DNA of 43,289 bases from Myxococcota bacterium. GTDB lineage: Bacteria; Myxococcota_A; Polyangia; Polyangiales; Sandaracinaceae. A program made the translations under genes and the position numbers. The notes under the pieces are model-generated. The model did no database searches. It was given only the letters and a program-made list of their open reading frames with translations, and was not told the origin of the DNA. Each line of letters opens with the position of its first letter. Position 1 is the first letter of the stretch. Location of the stretch: positions 1-43,289 of the forward strand of contig JAYZQJ010000286.1 of NCBI GenBank assembly GCA_036149055.1. The letters run 5' to 3'. Of the stretch, positions 1 to 9,662 are shown piece after piece.

Positions 1-24
1 CCCGTCGCCGGGGTCGCGGCGCCA

Positions 25-114
25 GCGCGCGAAGCGCGCGAGACGCCGACGGAGTCGGGAGGGGGGCCCCATTGGGCTTTGCCCAATGGGGGGAGGGTTT
101 GCCCCAAACCCTCC
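25..114. repeat. REP-like multi-hairpin palindromic element, possibly also a terminator
   Basis: Four hairpins: GCGCGC-gaa-GCGCGC (25-39), CCGAC-gga-GTCGG (46-58), CCCCATTGGGC-ttt-GCCCAATGGGG (67-91), GGAGGGTTTG-ccc-CAAACCCTCC (92-114). It lies directly past the stop of the 117..1865 gene. Confidence 0.65.
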
Positions 115-116
115 AA

Positions 117-1865
117 CTAGATCAGAATGACGTCGCCCTCGGGCGGGACCACGATGTAGACCATGCGCTCGTCGAGGCGGGCCACGCCGTTGCCCATCAC
201 GATGATGCGGGCGCGGAAGACCTGGGCGGTCTCGGCGGGCGGGCGGACGTCGTTCCAGAAGTCGACGGTGAACTCGACCTGGGTGCCGGGGATGACCTGG
301 TAGAAGGTCGTCTCGTCCTTCGACTCGTAGGTCACGCCGGGCATCGGGCCGCTGATGCCGCCGTTGTAGCCCTCGAACGGGACGATGCTCTTGATGAAGA
401 GCGTCGCGTCGAAGCCGTCGGGGTTCGGCGGCATCGTGACGTTCTCACGGAGGGTGTTCACGTCCTGCGGGGTGCCGCCGACCAGGTCGCGGACCGCGTC
501 CACCACCGTCGAGTCGAGGCCGCTGCCGCTGCTGTCGATGTCGAAGACCAGCGGGGTGCCGTCGGCGCGGACCGCGCCGGTGTCGCGGGCGACCGCCTCG
601 TAGTCGTCGCGGCCGGTCGAGCCGCTGAAGATGCCGATGACGCGAGCGCCGATTCCGGTGAGCGCGGCGACCGTGTCCGCGTAGCTCGGGCCGCCGAAGC
701 TGTAAGAGGCCGCGCCGCTCGGGTCGTTGTGGAAGGCGTAGTCGCCGAAGAGCAGGATGATCGGCAGCGAGCCGGGGCGGAAGCAGGGGTAGCCACGGCG
801 CATCCCCATCTCGTCGGGGATGGTCGGGCAGGCGCCGCGCGCCGGGACGCTGCCGCTGGGCCAGTCGAGGCCCATGCCGGTCGCCGTCGCGTACATGCCG
901 GGGACGTAGCTCTCCTCGCCGTCCGAGCCGCTGTGGCAGGGCAGGCCCTCGACCGCCTCGAGGATGTCGGGCCGACCGTTGGGCGAGCCGGTGATCATGC
1001 CGACGTCGTTCGAGCCGCCGCTCGGGCAGGTCGTCGGACCGGCGGAGAGCGACCAGCTGCCGACGTCCTGGTCGAACGGGCCGATGTCGCGGAGGTTGTA
1101 GTAGGGGAGATCGCGCGACGAGCCGTATCCGCCGTAGGGATAGTCGTCGAGACCACCGGCCCCGAACTCGACGTTCGGGATCGCCGCCTGGACGCCGGGG
1201 ATGACCACGTCGAGCAGGCCGTTGATCAGGTTGGTGCGCTCCCCGCGCATCGACCCGGTCATGTCGACGAGGAAGTAGACGTCCGCCTGGTTGATGTTCG
1301 TGCCGAAGCGGAGCGGCCGCATCTCGCGGGCGCCGTTGTAGGGCAGCACCACGAAGAAGTCGCCCTCGGGGATGGTGCTCGACGGGTCGGTCGGGTCGGT
1401 GCCGGCCGCCTCCTCGCCGAGATCCGTGATGCCGTCGCCGTCGCTGTCGATGTTGCGCGGGTCGGTGCCGCGGGCCGCCTCGTCGGCGTCGCTCACGCCG
1501 TCGTTGTCGGAGTCGCGGTCGATGAAGTCGGGCGTGCCGTCCCCGTCGCTGTCGATCGGCGCGCAGGGACCGGCGCCCTCGCCGGCCTCCACGGAGTCGG
1601 GGATGCCGTCACCGTCGGAGTCGTCGTCGAGGTAATTCGGCGTGCCGTCTCCGTCGGCGTCGCCCTCCCCCTCGCGCTGATCGGCGATCCCGTCGCCGTC
1701 ACTGTCGGTGGAGTCGGTGCACCCGGACGTGGCGCCGTCCGCGCCGCCGCCGACCCCGGAGTCGGGATCTCCACCGCCTGGAGGGCCGCTCTGCCCTGGC
1801 GTGCACGCGAGCGCGAGCCCGAGGAAGAGAATCGCGACCGCCTTCGACGACCAGTTGCAGCTCAT
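117..1865 (-). CDS. Lipoprotein with DxDxDG Ca-binding (TSP3-like) repeats and integrin-beta-like VWA domain (CglD-like adhesin)
   Basis: Start taken at [21 protein letters not shown] (lipobox). Repeats DSDGDG/DADGDG/DSDNDG; MIDAS-like [34 protein letters not shown]. The upstream part of the track ORF 117..3683 is a shadow frame. Confidence 0.8.
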   Translation of the reverse strand: MSCNWSSKAVAILFLGLALACTPGQSGPPGGGDPDSGVGGGADGATSGCTDSTDSDGDGIADQREGEGDADGDGTPNYLDDDSDGDGIPDSVEAGEGAGPCAPIDSDGDGTPDFIDRDSDNDGVSDADEAARGTDPRNIDSDGDGITDLGEEAAGTDPTDPSSTIPEGDFFVVLPYNGAREMRPLRFGTNINQADVYFLVDMTGSMRGERTNLINGLLDVVIPGVQAAIPNVEFGAGGLDDYPYGGYGSSRDLPYYNLRDIGPFDQDVGSWSLSAGPTTCPSGGSNDVGMITGSPNGRPDILEAVEGLPCHSGSDGEESYVPGMYATATGMGLDWPSGSVPARGACPTIPDEMGMRRGYPCFRPGSLPIILLFGDYAFHNDPSGAASYSFGGPSYADTVAALTGIGARVIGIFSGSTGRDDYEAVARDTGAVRADGTPLVFDIDSSGSGLDSTVVDAVRDLVGGTPQDVNTLRENVTMPPNPDGFDATLFIKSIVPFEGYNGGISGPMPGVTYESKDETTFYQVIPGTQVEFTVDFWNDVRPPAETAQVFRARIIVMGNGVARLDERMVYIVVPPEGDVILI

Positions 1866-1942
1866 GGGACACCTCCGTTGGACGGCCACCGGAGCAATTA
1901 ACCAGAACGCGGTCAGACTGTCGAGGTCTGCCCCACGTGATG

Positions 1943-4132
1943 TCACTCGATCGGACCACGCGGGTTCGCCGGGACGACGACGATCACCTGACGGGTGTCC
2001 AGCACCGCGGTCCCCGTGCGCACGTCGATGAACGCGATGAAGACCTGCGCGGTGGTGCCGCCACGGTAGAAGTCGTTCTGGAACGTGATCCGGAAGCTGA
2101 CCCGGGTGCCGGGGATCACGCCGAAGAAGGTCGACTCGTCGACGAAGGCGACCGCGTCTTCGTGCGTCACCTCGGGGGGCGCCACCCAGCAGGTCTCGGC
2201 GGGCGGCGTCGCGCGGCAAGCCGGCTGCCTGCGCTTCACGAAGCGGGCCGCGTCGACCATCTCCGCGTCCGAGGGGTCGTCCCGCACCGCGGTGTCGATG
2301 TCGAGCGGCACCCGGGTGGCGACCGTCTCGATCGCGCCGACCACCGTGTCCGCGAACGCCGAGGCGCTGCCGCCGCCGTCGGGCAGATCGTAGACGAGCG
2401 CGTTTCCGTCGAGGTCGACCGAGCCGGTCTCCTCGGCGGTGCGGCGCAGGAAGTAGCAGGGCGAGCTCCCGTCGGGGCCGACCGTCGCCGCGCAGGAGGC
2501 GCCGAACGAGCGCGCGTTGATGCCGACGAACTTGGCGCCGCGCCGGTTCATCTCGGCGACCGCGTCGAGCCAGACGGACGGCGAGGGGCTGATGCCGGTG
2601 TACGGATCGCACGAGGCGTCCTCGCCCGGCGGCCCCTCGTGGGCGCAGATGTCGGTGAAGAGCACGACGATCGGCAGCGCCGCGTCCCGGAAGCAGGGCG
2701 CGCCCCACCCGGAGTCGAGGCAGTCCCCGATGAAGCGGTGCATCATGTAGGTGTCGCCGCCGCCGCCGAAGCCGCTCATGCCCATCCAGGTGCCGCCGGC
2801 TCCGGTCATGATCTGCCAGAGCGCCTCGGTGTGGGACTCGGGCCCGTCCGCGCCGCCGCTGACGCTGAGCGCGTTGAAGGCCGCCGCCACGTCCGACGCC
2901 CGCGCGGGCGGCGTCATGCGGATCGCGAGCCCGAAGGCCTCGTCGGTGCCGCTGCCGTAGCTGCCGAAGGGGAAGTCCTGGAAGTAGCCGCCTCCGAACC
3001 ACGCGTCGGGGATCGTGGCGCTGATGCGATCGATCAGCCCGGTGCCGGGCGTGGCCACCGTCGCCTGCACGCGATCGAGCGTGCCGCTCATCGAGCCGGT
3101 GATGTCGGTGACGAAGAAGACGTCGGCCACCCGGATGTCGGTGCCGAACTCGAGATCGCGCTCGACCGGCGGGCCGTTGAACGGCAGGACCACGTAGAAG
3201 TGCTCGCGCGGGATGCCGCAGCTGGCCTGGGTCGCGCACCCGCAGTCGGTCCCGCTCGTCCCGTCGGGGCAGTTGAAGCGCTCGTAGGCGCCCTCGGCGA
3301 GGTCGTCGATGCCGTCGTCGTCGCTGTCGAGGTCGCAGGGATCGGTGCCGAGGGCGATCTCCTCGCCGTCCCCGAGCCCGTCGTTGTCGCTGTCGGTGTC
3401 GGCGAAGTCCGCGCGTCCGTCGGGCTCGGGCCGCCCGGTGGCAGGGTTGATCTCCACCGGGCAGACCGCCGGCGGCGTCTCGAGCAGGCCGTCGCCCGCC
3501 TCGCGCGCGTCGCTCGCGCCGTCGTCGTCCGAGTCGAGGTCCAGGTAGTTGGGGACGCCGTCCATGTCGACGTCGAGCGCCCCCTCGTCCCGGTCCGCGA
3601 TCGTGTCGCCGTCGCTGTCGAGATCGAGCACGTCCGGGGTTCCGTCCCCGTCGGTGTCCACCGGGGTGTCGCCGTCGCCCCACTCGGTGCGGTTGTCGAG
3701 CCCGTCCCCGTCGACGTCGGTGTCGAGGTAGTCGGGGGTGCCGTCCCCGTCGAGATCGCCGAGCTGGTCGGCGTCGTTCACTCCGTCGCCGTTGGCGTCG
3801 AGATCGAGGAAGTCGGGCTCGCCGTCGCCGTCGGTGTCGATCGGCGGGGTGTTGCAGCTGCGATCGCCGGCCTCGTCGATGTCGGGGAAGCCGTCGCCGT
3901 CGGAGTCGGTGTCGGCGTGGTTGCCCACCCCGTCACCGTCGCGATCGGCGGTGGTCTCGTCGGCGGTGGAGATCGTGTCGCCGTCCTCGTCGTCGCGGGG
4001 CCCGCAGCGGACGACCGCGACGCCGGTGTCGTCGCCGGCCCCGGCGTCGATCGGGCCCGGGCCCCCGTCGCACCCGCCGGCGGCGAGCGCCAGGGCCAAG
4101 AGAGCCTGCTTCACGGGACGAGACCAAGCCAT
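1943..4132 (-). CDS. Paralogous lipoprotein with a longer DxDxDG repeat array and integrin-beta-like VWA domain (CglD-like)
   Basis: [21 protein letters not shown] lipobox; many DxDGDG repeats; [43 protein letters not shown]-terminal part is colinear with 117..1865. Alternative GTG start at 4114. Confidence 0.8.
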   Translation of the reverse strand: MAWSRPVKQALLALALAAGGCDGGPGPIDAGAGDDTGVAVVRCGPRDDEDGDTISTADETTADRDGDGVGNHADTDSDGDGFPDIDEAGDRSCNTPPIDTDGDGEPDFLDLDANGDGVNDADQLGDLDGDGTPDYLDTDVDGDGLDNRTEWGDGDTPVDTDGDGTPDVLDLDSDGDTIADRDEGALDVDMDGVPNYLDLDSDDDGASDAREAGDGLLETPPAVCPVEINPATGRPEPDGRADFADTDSDNDGLGDGEEIALGTDPCDLDSDDDGIDDLAEGAYERFNCPDGTSGTDCGCATQASCGIPREHFYVVLPFNGPPVERDLEFGTDIRVADVFFVTDITGSMSGTLDRVQATVATPGTGLIDRISATIPDAWFGGGYFQDFPFGSYGSGTDEAFGLAIRMTPPARASDVAAAFNALSVSGGADGPESHTEALWQIMTGAGGTWMGMSGFGGGGDTYMMHRFIGDCLDSGWGAPCFRDAALPIVVLFTDICAHEGPPGEDASCDPYTGISPSPSVWLDAVAEMNRRGAKFVGINARSFGASCAATVGPDGSSPCYFLRRTAEETGSVDLDGNALVYDLPDGGGSASAFADTVVGAIETVATRVPLDIDTAVRDDPSDAEMVDAARFVKRRQPACRATPPAETCWVAPPEVTHEDAVAFVDESTFFGVIPGTRVSFRITFQNDFYRGGTTAQVFIAFIDVRTGTAVLDTRQVIVVVPANPRGPIE

Positions 4133-4241
4133 GCCGCGCTCCAAGAGGCGAAGCCGCGGTCGGCCCACGCCGAGAGATCGGGCCGCATCGGGCGTCGCTC
4201 GGGTCAGCCTGCCGCACCCCCTCGGGGGCTGCAAGGTCGCG

Positions 4242-4270
4242 TTGACATCCGGATGCGCAGCGGGTAGCAG
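4242..4270 (+). promoter_or_regulatory. Candidate sigma70 promoter for pal-cpoB
   Basis: Perfect TTGACA (4242-4247), 17-nt spacer, weak -10 TAGCAG (4265-4270), about 110 nt upstream of the ATG at 4382. Confidence 0.4.
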
Positions 4271-4381
4271 GGGACCACCGATGACGGAGCGAGGTCGGCC
4301 GCACCGGCGAGCGCACGTTCGTGGGGCGCCAGCAGGTCGACGAGACGCGGTGGTGGGGTCATCGGCACGGAGGACGTCAGG

Positions 4382-5041
4382 ATGACGCTACGGACGAGCA
4401 AGATTCACGCGGGCCCGATCGTTGCGGCGCTCGCGCTCGCGCTGAGCGCGGCCTGCGGGGGCCCCGAATACCCGAACTGTGACAACGACGAGCAGTGCCA
4501 CGAGGGCGAGTTCTGCGTGAACGGCCGCTGCCAGCAGTGCCGCCCGGACGGCAACGACTGCCCGCCCGGCCAGCAGTGCAACGGCGGCCGGTGCGAGGAC
4601 ATCCCCGGCTACTGCTCGAGCGACGCGGACTGCCCCGACGGGCAGGAGTGTCAGAACAACAGCTGCGTGATGAGCCAGGTGACCCAGGGTCCGACCACGG
4701 ACATGGAGGCGCCCCCCTGCTCGCTACAGAGCATCTACTTCGCGTACGACTCGAGCGAGCTCGACGGCTCCGCGCGCAGCGCGCTGGAGTCGAACGCCAG
4801 CTGCATCAACGAGCGGGACATCCCGAGCGTGACCCTCACCGGGCACTGCGATCCCCGCGGCACCGAGGAGTACAACCTCGCCCTCGGCGAGCGACGCGCG
4901 CAGTCGGTCCAGGGCTACCTGGGTCGCCTCGGCGTCGACCGCGGCCGCATGACCTCGCGCTCCATGGGCGAGGAGATGGCCCGCGGCACCGACGAGGCGA
5001 GCTGGTCCCGCGATCGCCGCGTCGCGATCGAGGAGCGCTGA
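4382..5041 (+). CDS. pal: Pal/OmpA-family peptidoglycan-associated lipoprotein with N-terminal Cys-rich repeats
   Basis: Signal ending LSAAC; C-terminal IYFAYDSS...LTGHCDPRGTEEYNLALGERRA...SMGEE...WSRDRR is the Pal signature. AGGA precedes the ATG. Adjacent to a cpoB-like gene. Confidence 0.85.
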   Translation: MTLRTSKIHAGPIVAALALALSAACGGPEYPNCDNDEQCHEGEFCVNGRCQQCRPDGNDCPPGQQCNGGRCEDIPGYCSSDADCPDGQECQNNSCVMSQVTQGPTTDMEAPPCSLQSIYFAYDSSELDGSARSALESNASCINERDIPSVTLTGHCDPRGTEEYNLALGERRAQSVQGYLGRLGVDRGRMTSRSMGEEMARGTDEASWSRDRRVAIEER

Positions 5042-5078
5042 CCTTTTCCTCACCCGACGTTCGGGGTAGGACACGCTC

Positions 5079-5924
5079 GTGGAACACCCCATCCGTCGCC
5101 TCGCGCCACCGAAGGTCGCCCTCGCGCTGACCCTCGGTGGCGCGTTCGTCTCCGCGTGCATGAGCGCCTCCGACGGCGACGCGCTCCGCCGCCGCGTCCG
5201 AGAGCTCGAGCAGGGGCAGACCCAGCAGCGCGAGGATCTCCGCTCGGAGATCGAGAACGCGCAGACCAAGGTCACCGAGCTCGAGGACGTGCTCGATCGC
5301 GCCACCAAGGTGGTGACCCGCGCGAGCGCCGACACCGGCGCCCAGGTCGAGCAGCTCCAGCAGCAGGTGATGGCGCTCGAGGGCCAGCTCGCGGAGCTGC
5401 GCAACGAGGTCCAGCGCCAGCAGGCGCAGCTGAGCGAGCAGCAGCAGGAGAACGAGCGGCAGCTCAAGAAGCTCGCCCGTCACGTCGGCCTCGATCAGTC
5501 GGTCGACGAGTCCGAGATCCCGGCGGGCGCCGACGAGCACTGGGCGGCCGCGCAGCAGGCGTCCGAGCAGAACCAGCACTCCCGGGCGCGCACGCTCTAC
5601 CGCCTCTTCGCGCAGCGTCACGCCTCCGACGAGCGCATCGACGACGCGCAGTACCAGATCGGCATGAGCTACCTCCGCGAGGGCCGGCCGGCGACCGCCC
5701 TCGGCGAGCTCCGCGCGGTGATCGCCGACCACCCCCGAGGCGACGTGGCCGACGACGCGCTGCTCGCGATGGGGCAGGCGTTCTACGATCTCCACGCCTG
5801 CACCGACGCGCGCTCCGCGCTCGAGGCGCTGATCCGGACCCACCCACGCAGCGAGCTGATCCGCGAAGCGCGCCAGAAGCTCCGCGAGGTCCAGCGCGCC
5901 CCCCGCAGCTACTGCACTCGCTGA
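5079..5924 (+). CDS. cpoB: CpoB/YbgF-family protein (coiled coil plus TPR), probable lipoprotein
   Basis: FVSAC lipobox-like; Q/E-rich coiled coil; TPR helices (DDAQYQIGMSY, ADDALLAMGQAF). Directly downstream of pal as in pal-ybgF synteny. Confidence 0.8.
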   Translation: MEHPIRRLAPPKVALALTLGGAFVSACMSASDGDALRRRVRELEQGQTQQREDLRSEIENAQTKVTELEDVLDRATKVVTRASADTGAQVEQLQQQVMALEGQLAELRNEVQRQQAQLSEQQQENERQLKKLARHVGLDQSVDESEIPAGADEHWAAAQQASEQNQHSRARTLYRLFAQRHASDERIDDAQYQIGMSYLREGRPATALGELRAVIADHPRGDVADDALLAMGQAFYDLHACTDARSALEALIRTHPRSELIREARQKLREVQRAPRSYCTR

Positions 5925-5965
5925 GCTCCCCCGCCTCGATCGTCGGCGCCGCCTCGCGTGAGTCG

Positions 5966-6196
5966 TCGCTTCTCGTGAGTGGCGGCGGCCGTTCGTCGGG
6001 ACGACGAAGACAGGGGAGAAGGGAGGCGGGAGGCGAGGAGGAAGTCGCGACAGCAGTCGCGACGCCCTCGCCCCGGTAAAGGCGCGACCTGCGGCTAGGC
6101 TGGCGTTCGTGCCGACTTCTGTCGGCACACGCTCCTCGCCTCCACCCTCCCCTCTCCCTTGTCTGCCGACCGACGGCCATGGGCCGAGCGGGCCGG
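5966..6196. repeat. Structured ~231-bp intergenic repeat, copy 1
   Basis: Near-identical to 6261..6490 (4 substitutions and one 1-nt indel by manual comparison). Purine tract 6008-6040 can pair with pyrimidine tract 6132-6164. Inner hairpins GTCGCGAC-agca-GTCGCGAC and GTGCCGAC-ttct-GTCGGCAC. Confidence 0.9.
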
Positions 6197-6260
6197 CGAC
6201 CCACCGAGACGAGCCCACCCTTCCGCGGCGGAGCCGCAGTCTCCTCGCTTCCCACCCTCC

Positions 6261-6490
6261 TCGCTTCTCGTGAGTGGCGGCGGCCGTTCGTCGGGACGAC
6301 GAAGACAGGGGAGAAGGGAGGCAGGAGGCGAGGAGGAAGTCGCGACAGCAGTCGCGACGCCCTCGCCCCGGTGGAGGCGCGACCTGCGGCTAGGCTGGCG
6401 TTCGTGCCGACTTCTGTCGGCACACGCTCCTCGCCTCCCCCCTCCCCTCTCCCTTTCTGCCGACCGACGGCCATGGGCCGAGCGGGCCGG
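6261..6490. repeat. Structured ~230-bp intergenic repeat, copy 2
   Basis: Direct repeat of 5966..6196 at a 295-bp offset. The 64-bp spacer contains a GCGGC-gga-GCCGC hairpin. Confidence 0.9.
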
Positions 6491-6512
6491 AGTCGACGGC
6501 GAGGCGCGGAGC

Positions 6513-6902
6513 TCACCGCTCCGGATCGGAGGCGAGCCAGCGGGTGTAGGCCATGACGGCCTCGAGCTCGGCGCCGCGTACTCGCTGGGCTCTCATGCCG
6601 GTGCCTTCGATGCCCTCCGTGATCACGCGCCGCAGCTCGTCGTCCGAAGGGGGCGCCCCGATGTGGCGGTACTCGCCGGTGGTGAGATCCCGAGGGGGCG
6701 GCTGGAGGCTGCGGGCGTAGGGGCCGTCGCCTCGGCCGCGCTGACCGTGGCAGCCGCGGCAGTACTGCATGTAGACCAGCTCGCCGCGGTTCAGCACCTC
6801 GGGCTGCACGAGCTCGCCGTGCAGCTCCACCGGCGCCTCGAACGAGCGCTTGCCCGAGCCGCAGCCGAGGAGCAGCGCGGCGACCAGGAGCGCGCGTGTC
6901 AC
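6513..6902 (-). CDS. Monoheme cytochrome c lipoprotein
   Basis: GTG start overlaps the SCO stop. VTRALLVAALLLGC lipobox; CRGCH heme motif; PPPRDLT...GIEGTGM with a distal Met ligand. Confidence 0.85.
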   Translation of the reverse strand: MTRALLVAALLLGCGSGKRSFEAPVELHGELVQPEVLNRGELVYMQYCRGCHGQRGRGDGPYARSLQPPPRDLTTGEYRHIGAPPSDDELRRVITEGIEGTGMRAQRVRGAELEAVMAYTRWLASDPER

Positions 6903-7468
6903 TCTTCCGCCAGCTGGCGCGCGTGGCGCTCGAGGAGCGCGAGGCCCTCGCGGTCGGTCTCGTAGAGGCCGCGGAGCACGCCGCGCTGATCGACGAGCAG
7001 GAACTGGCCGCTGTGGAGGATGTCGTAGCGGCCGTCGTCGCGGTCCTGCCGGGCCTCGACCGGGAGGTGGAAGCTGCTCGCGATCACCCCGCGCACGGCG
7101 TCGGGAGCCCCGGTCAAGAAACGCCAGCGCTCGGAGTCGGCGCCGTAGCGGGCGGCGTACTCGCGGAGCACCTCCGGCGTGTCGACCTCGGGGTCCACCG
7201 TGATCGACACGAAGCGGACGTCGGGGTGATCGAGGCGCCGGTGGAGGTTCGCCATCTGCGAGCTCATCACCGGGCAGATGTCCGGGCAGCTCGTGAAGAT
7301 CAGATCGCCGATCCACACCTTGCCGCGCAGCTGCGAGGTGCCGAAGGCGTCGCCGGACTGGTCGGTGAGCGTGAACGGGGCGATCGGCATGAGCTCGCCG
7401 ATCGGCTCCTCGTCACCGCCGCAGCCGAGGGCCACGAGCGCGCCGGCGAGGACGAGCGCCCGCATCAC
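6899..7468 (-). CDS. SCO1/SenC copper chaperone lipoprotein
   Basis: FTSCPDICP (CxxxC), SITVDPEVDTPEVL, conserved His in ILHS; ALGC lipobox; translationally coupled to cyoE. Confidence 0.92.
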   Translation of the reverse strand: MMRALVLAGALVALGCGGDEEPIGELMPIAPFTLTDQSGDAFGTSQLRGKVWIGDLIFTSCPDICPVMSSQMANLHRRLDHPDVRFVSITVDPEVDTPEVLREYAARYGADSERWRFLTGAPDAVRGVIASSFHLPVEARQDRDDGRYDILHSGQFLLVDQRGVLRGLYETDREGLALLERHARQLAEE

Positions 7469-8361
7469 GCGAGGTCGAAGGCGAGCGCCGCGAAGAGCAG
7501 CGGCAGGTAGACCAGCGATCCGAGGAAGAGCTGGCGGGCCCAGCGGTTGCCGGCCTCGGCGCGCAGGCCCCAGAGCGACCAGCCGAAGAAGGCGGCGCCG
7601 AGGACGGCGGCGGCCGCGAGGTAGACCCCGCCGGCGATGCCGAGCGGCACGAGCAGGAGGCTGACCGGGAGGAGCGCCGCCGCCCAGAGGGCCGCGTGGC
7701 GCTTCGCCACGGCGTTGCCGCGGACCGCCGGGAGCACCTTGATGCCCGCCTTGGAGTACTCGCGCTGCCGGAAGATGCTGATCGCGATGAAGTGCGGCAT
7801 CTGCCAGAGGAACATGATGCCGAAGAGCACGAGGCCGGGCGCGCCGAGCTCCCCGGTGGCGGCGGTCCAGCCCATCAGGGGCGGCAGCGCGCCGGGCACC
7901 GCGCCGACGATCAGCGCCGCCGGGCTGCGCTGCTTCATCGGGGTGTAGACCCAGACGTAGGAGACGAGCGCGATGGCGGCGAGCAGCCCGGTGAGCGGGT
8001 TCGCCACGAAGGTCAGGACCGGCACCGAGATCGCGCCGAGCGCGAGGCCGAGCCAGAGCGCGTGCTTCGCCTCCATGCGGCCGGCGGGCAGCGGGCGCCG
8101 CTTGGTGCGGGCCATGTGCTTGTCGACATCCCGCTCGAGCCAGCAGTTCAGCGTGTTGGCCGCCCCGACCACCATCGCGGTGGCGAGCAGGGTGAGGAGC
8201 ACGGTCAGCGGCGCCACCTCGCGCGGGGCCAGGTAGAGGCCGCCGGCGGCCGTGAGGATCACCATGAGCGTGATGCGCGGCTTGGTGAGCGCGACGAGAT
8301 CGCGGACGGCGATCCCGCGGGTCGGCGTGCCGGGCTCTGCGCGGGTGGATACGGCGTTCAT
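7465..8361 (-). CDS. cyoE: Protoheme IX farnesyltransferase (heme o synthase)
   Basis: LTKPRI, ERDVDKHMARTKRRPLPAG, YTPMKQ, GALPPLMGWTA, WQMPHF; multiple TM helices. Confidence 0.95.
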   Translation of the reverse strand: MNAVSTRAEPGTPTRGIAVRDLVALTKPRITLMVILTAAGGLYLAPREVAPLTVLLTLLATAMVVGAANTLNCWLERDVDKHMARTKRRPLPAGRMEAKHALWLGLALGAISVPVLTFVANPLTGLLAAIALVSYVWVYTPMKQRSPAALIVGAVPGALPPLMGWTAATGELGAPGLVLFGIMFLWQMPHFIAISIFRQREYSKAGIKVLPAVRGNAVAKRHAALWAAALLPVSLLLVPLGIAGGVYLAAAAVLGAAFFGWSLWGLRAEAGNRWARQLFLGSLVYLPLLFAALAFDLA

Positions 8362-8393
8362 CGATGAGGCTCGGGGGGCCGGAGGGCGCGGGT

Positions 8394-8422
8394 AGTTAGC
8401 AGCGGGGCGTGCGGGCCGTCAA
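8394..8422 (-). promoter_or_regulatory. Candidate sigma70-type promoter for cyoE-sco-cytochrome c
   Basis: Minus strand TTGACG (8422-8417), about 17 nt, then TGcTAACT, about 30 nt above the cyoE ATG. Confidence 0.3.
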
Positions 8423-8489
8423 CCCGACGGGGCCGCGGCTCGGGGGGTAGGTTCGGTGGGCCCGGCAGACAAGCCCGGCGCGCCCGAGC

Positions 8490-9581
<1,092 letters not shown>

Positions 9582-9662
9582 GCGCGCGAGAATAACACTC
9601 CGATCTGATATGCCCAGCACGAACGCTGGACGACGGGCGCCACAACCGGTAATCGGCTGGCG

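Noticed and set aside
72..4267. Long plus-strand ORFs 72..1901 and 1937..4267, and the N-terminal half of 117..3683
   Set aside because: Antisense or alternate-frame shadows of the two VWA lipoproteins; R/A/G-rich with no motifs, typical of high-GC DNA.
117..5041. traAB kin-recognition locus
   Set aside because: TSP3, Cys-rich and OmpA parts are present but in different proteins. There is no TraB barrel, PA14-like domain or MYXO-CTERM, and pal-cpoB explains the OmpA gene.
5966..6490. CRISPR array, tRNA or IS interpretation of the repeats
   Set aside because: Only two 230-bp units, no spacer periodicity, no cas or transposase gene, no tRNA T-loop or CCA.
4836..6965. ORFs crossing the repeat region (4836..6218, 5464..6516, 6159..6965, 6179..6556)
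   Set aside because: Their shared peptides only translate the non-coding repeat, and they overlap real genes.
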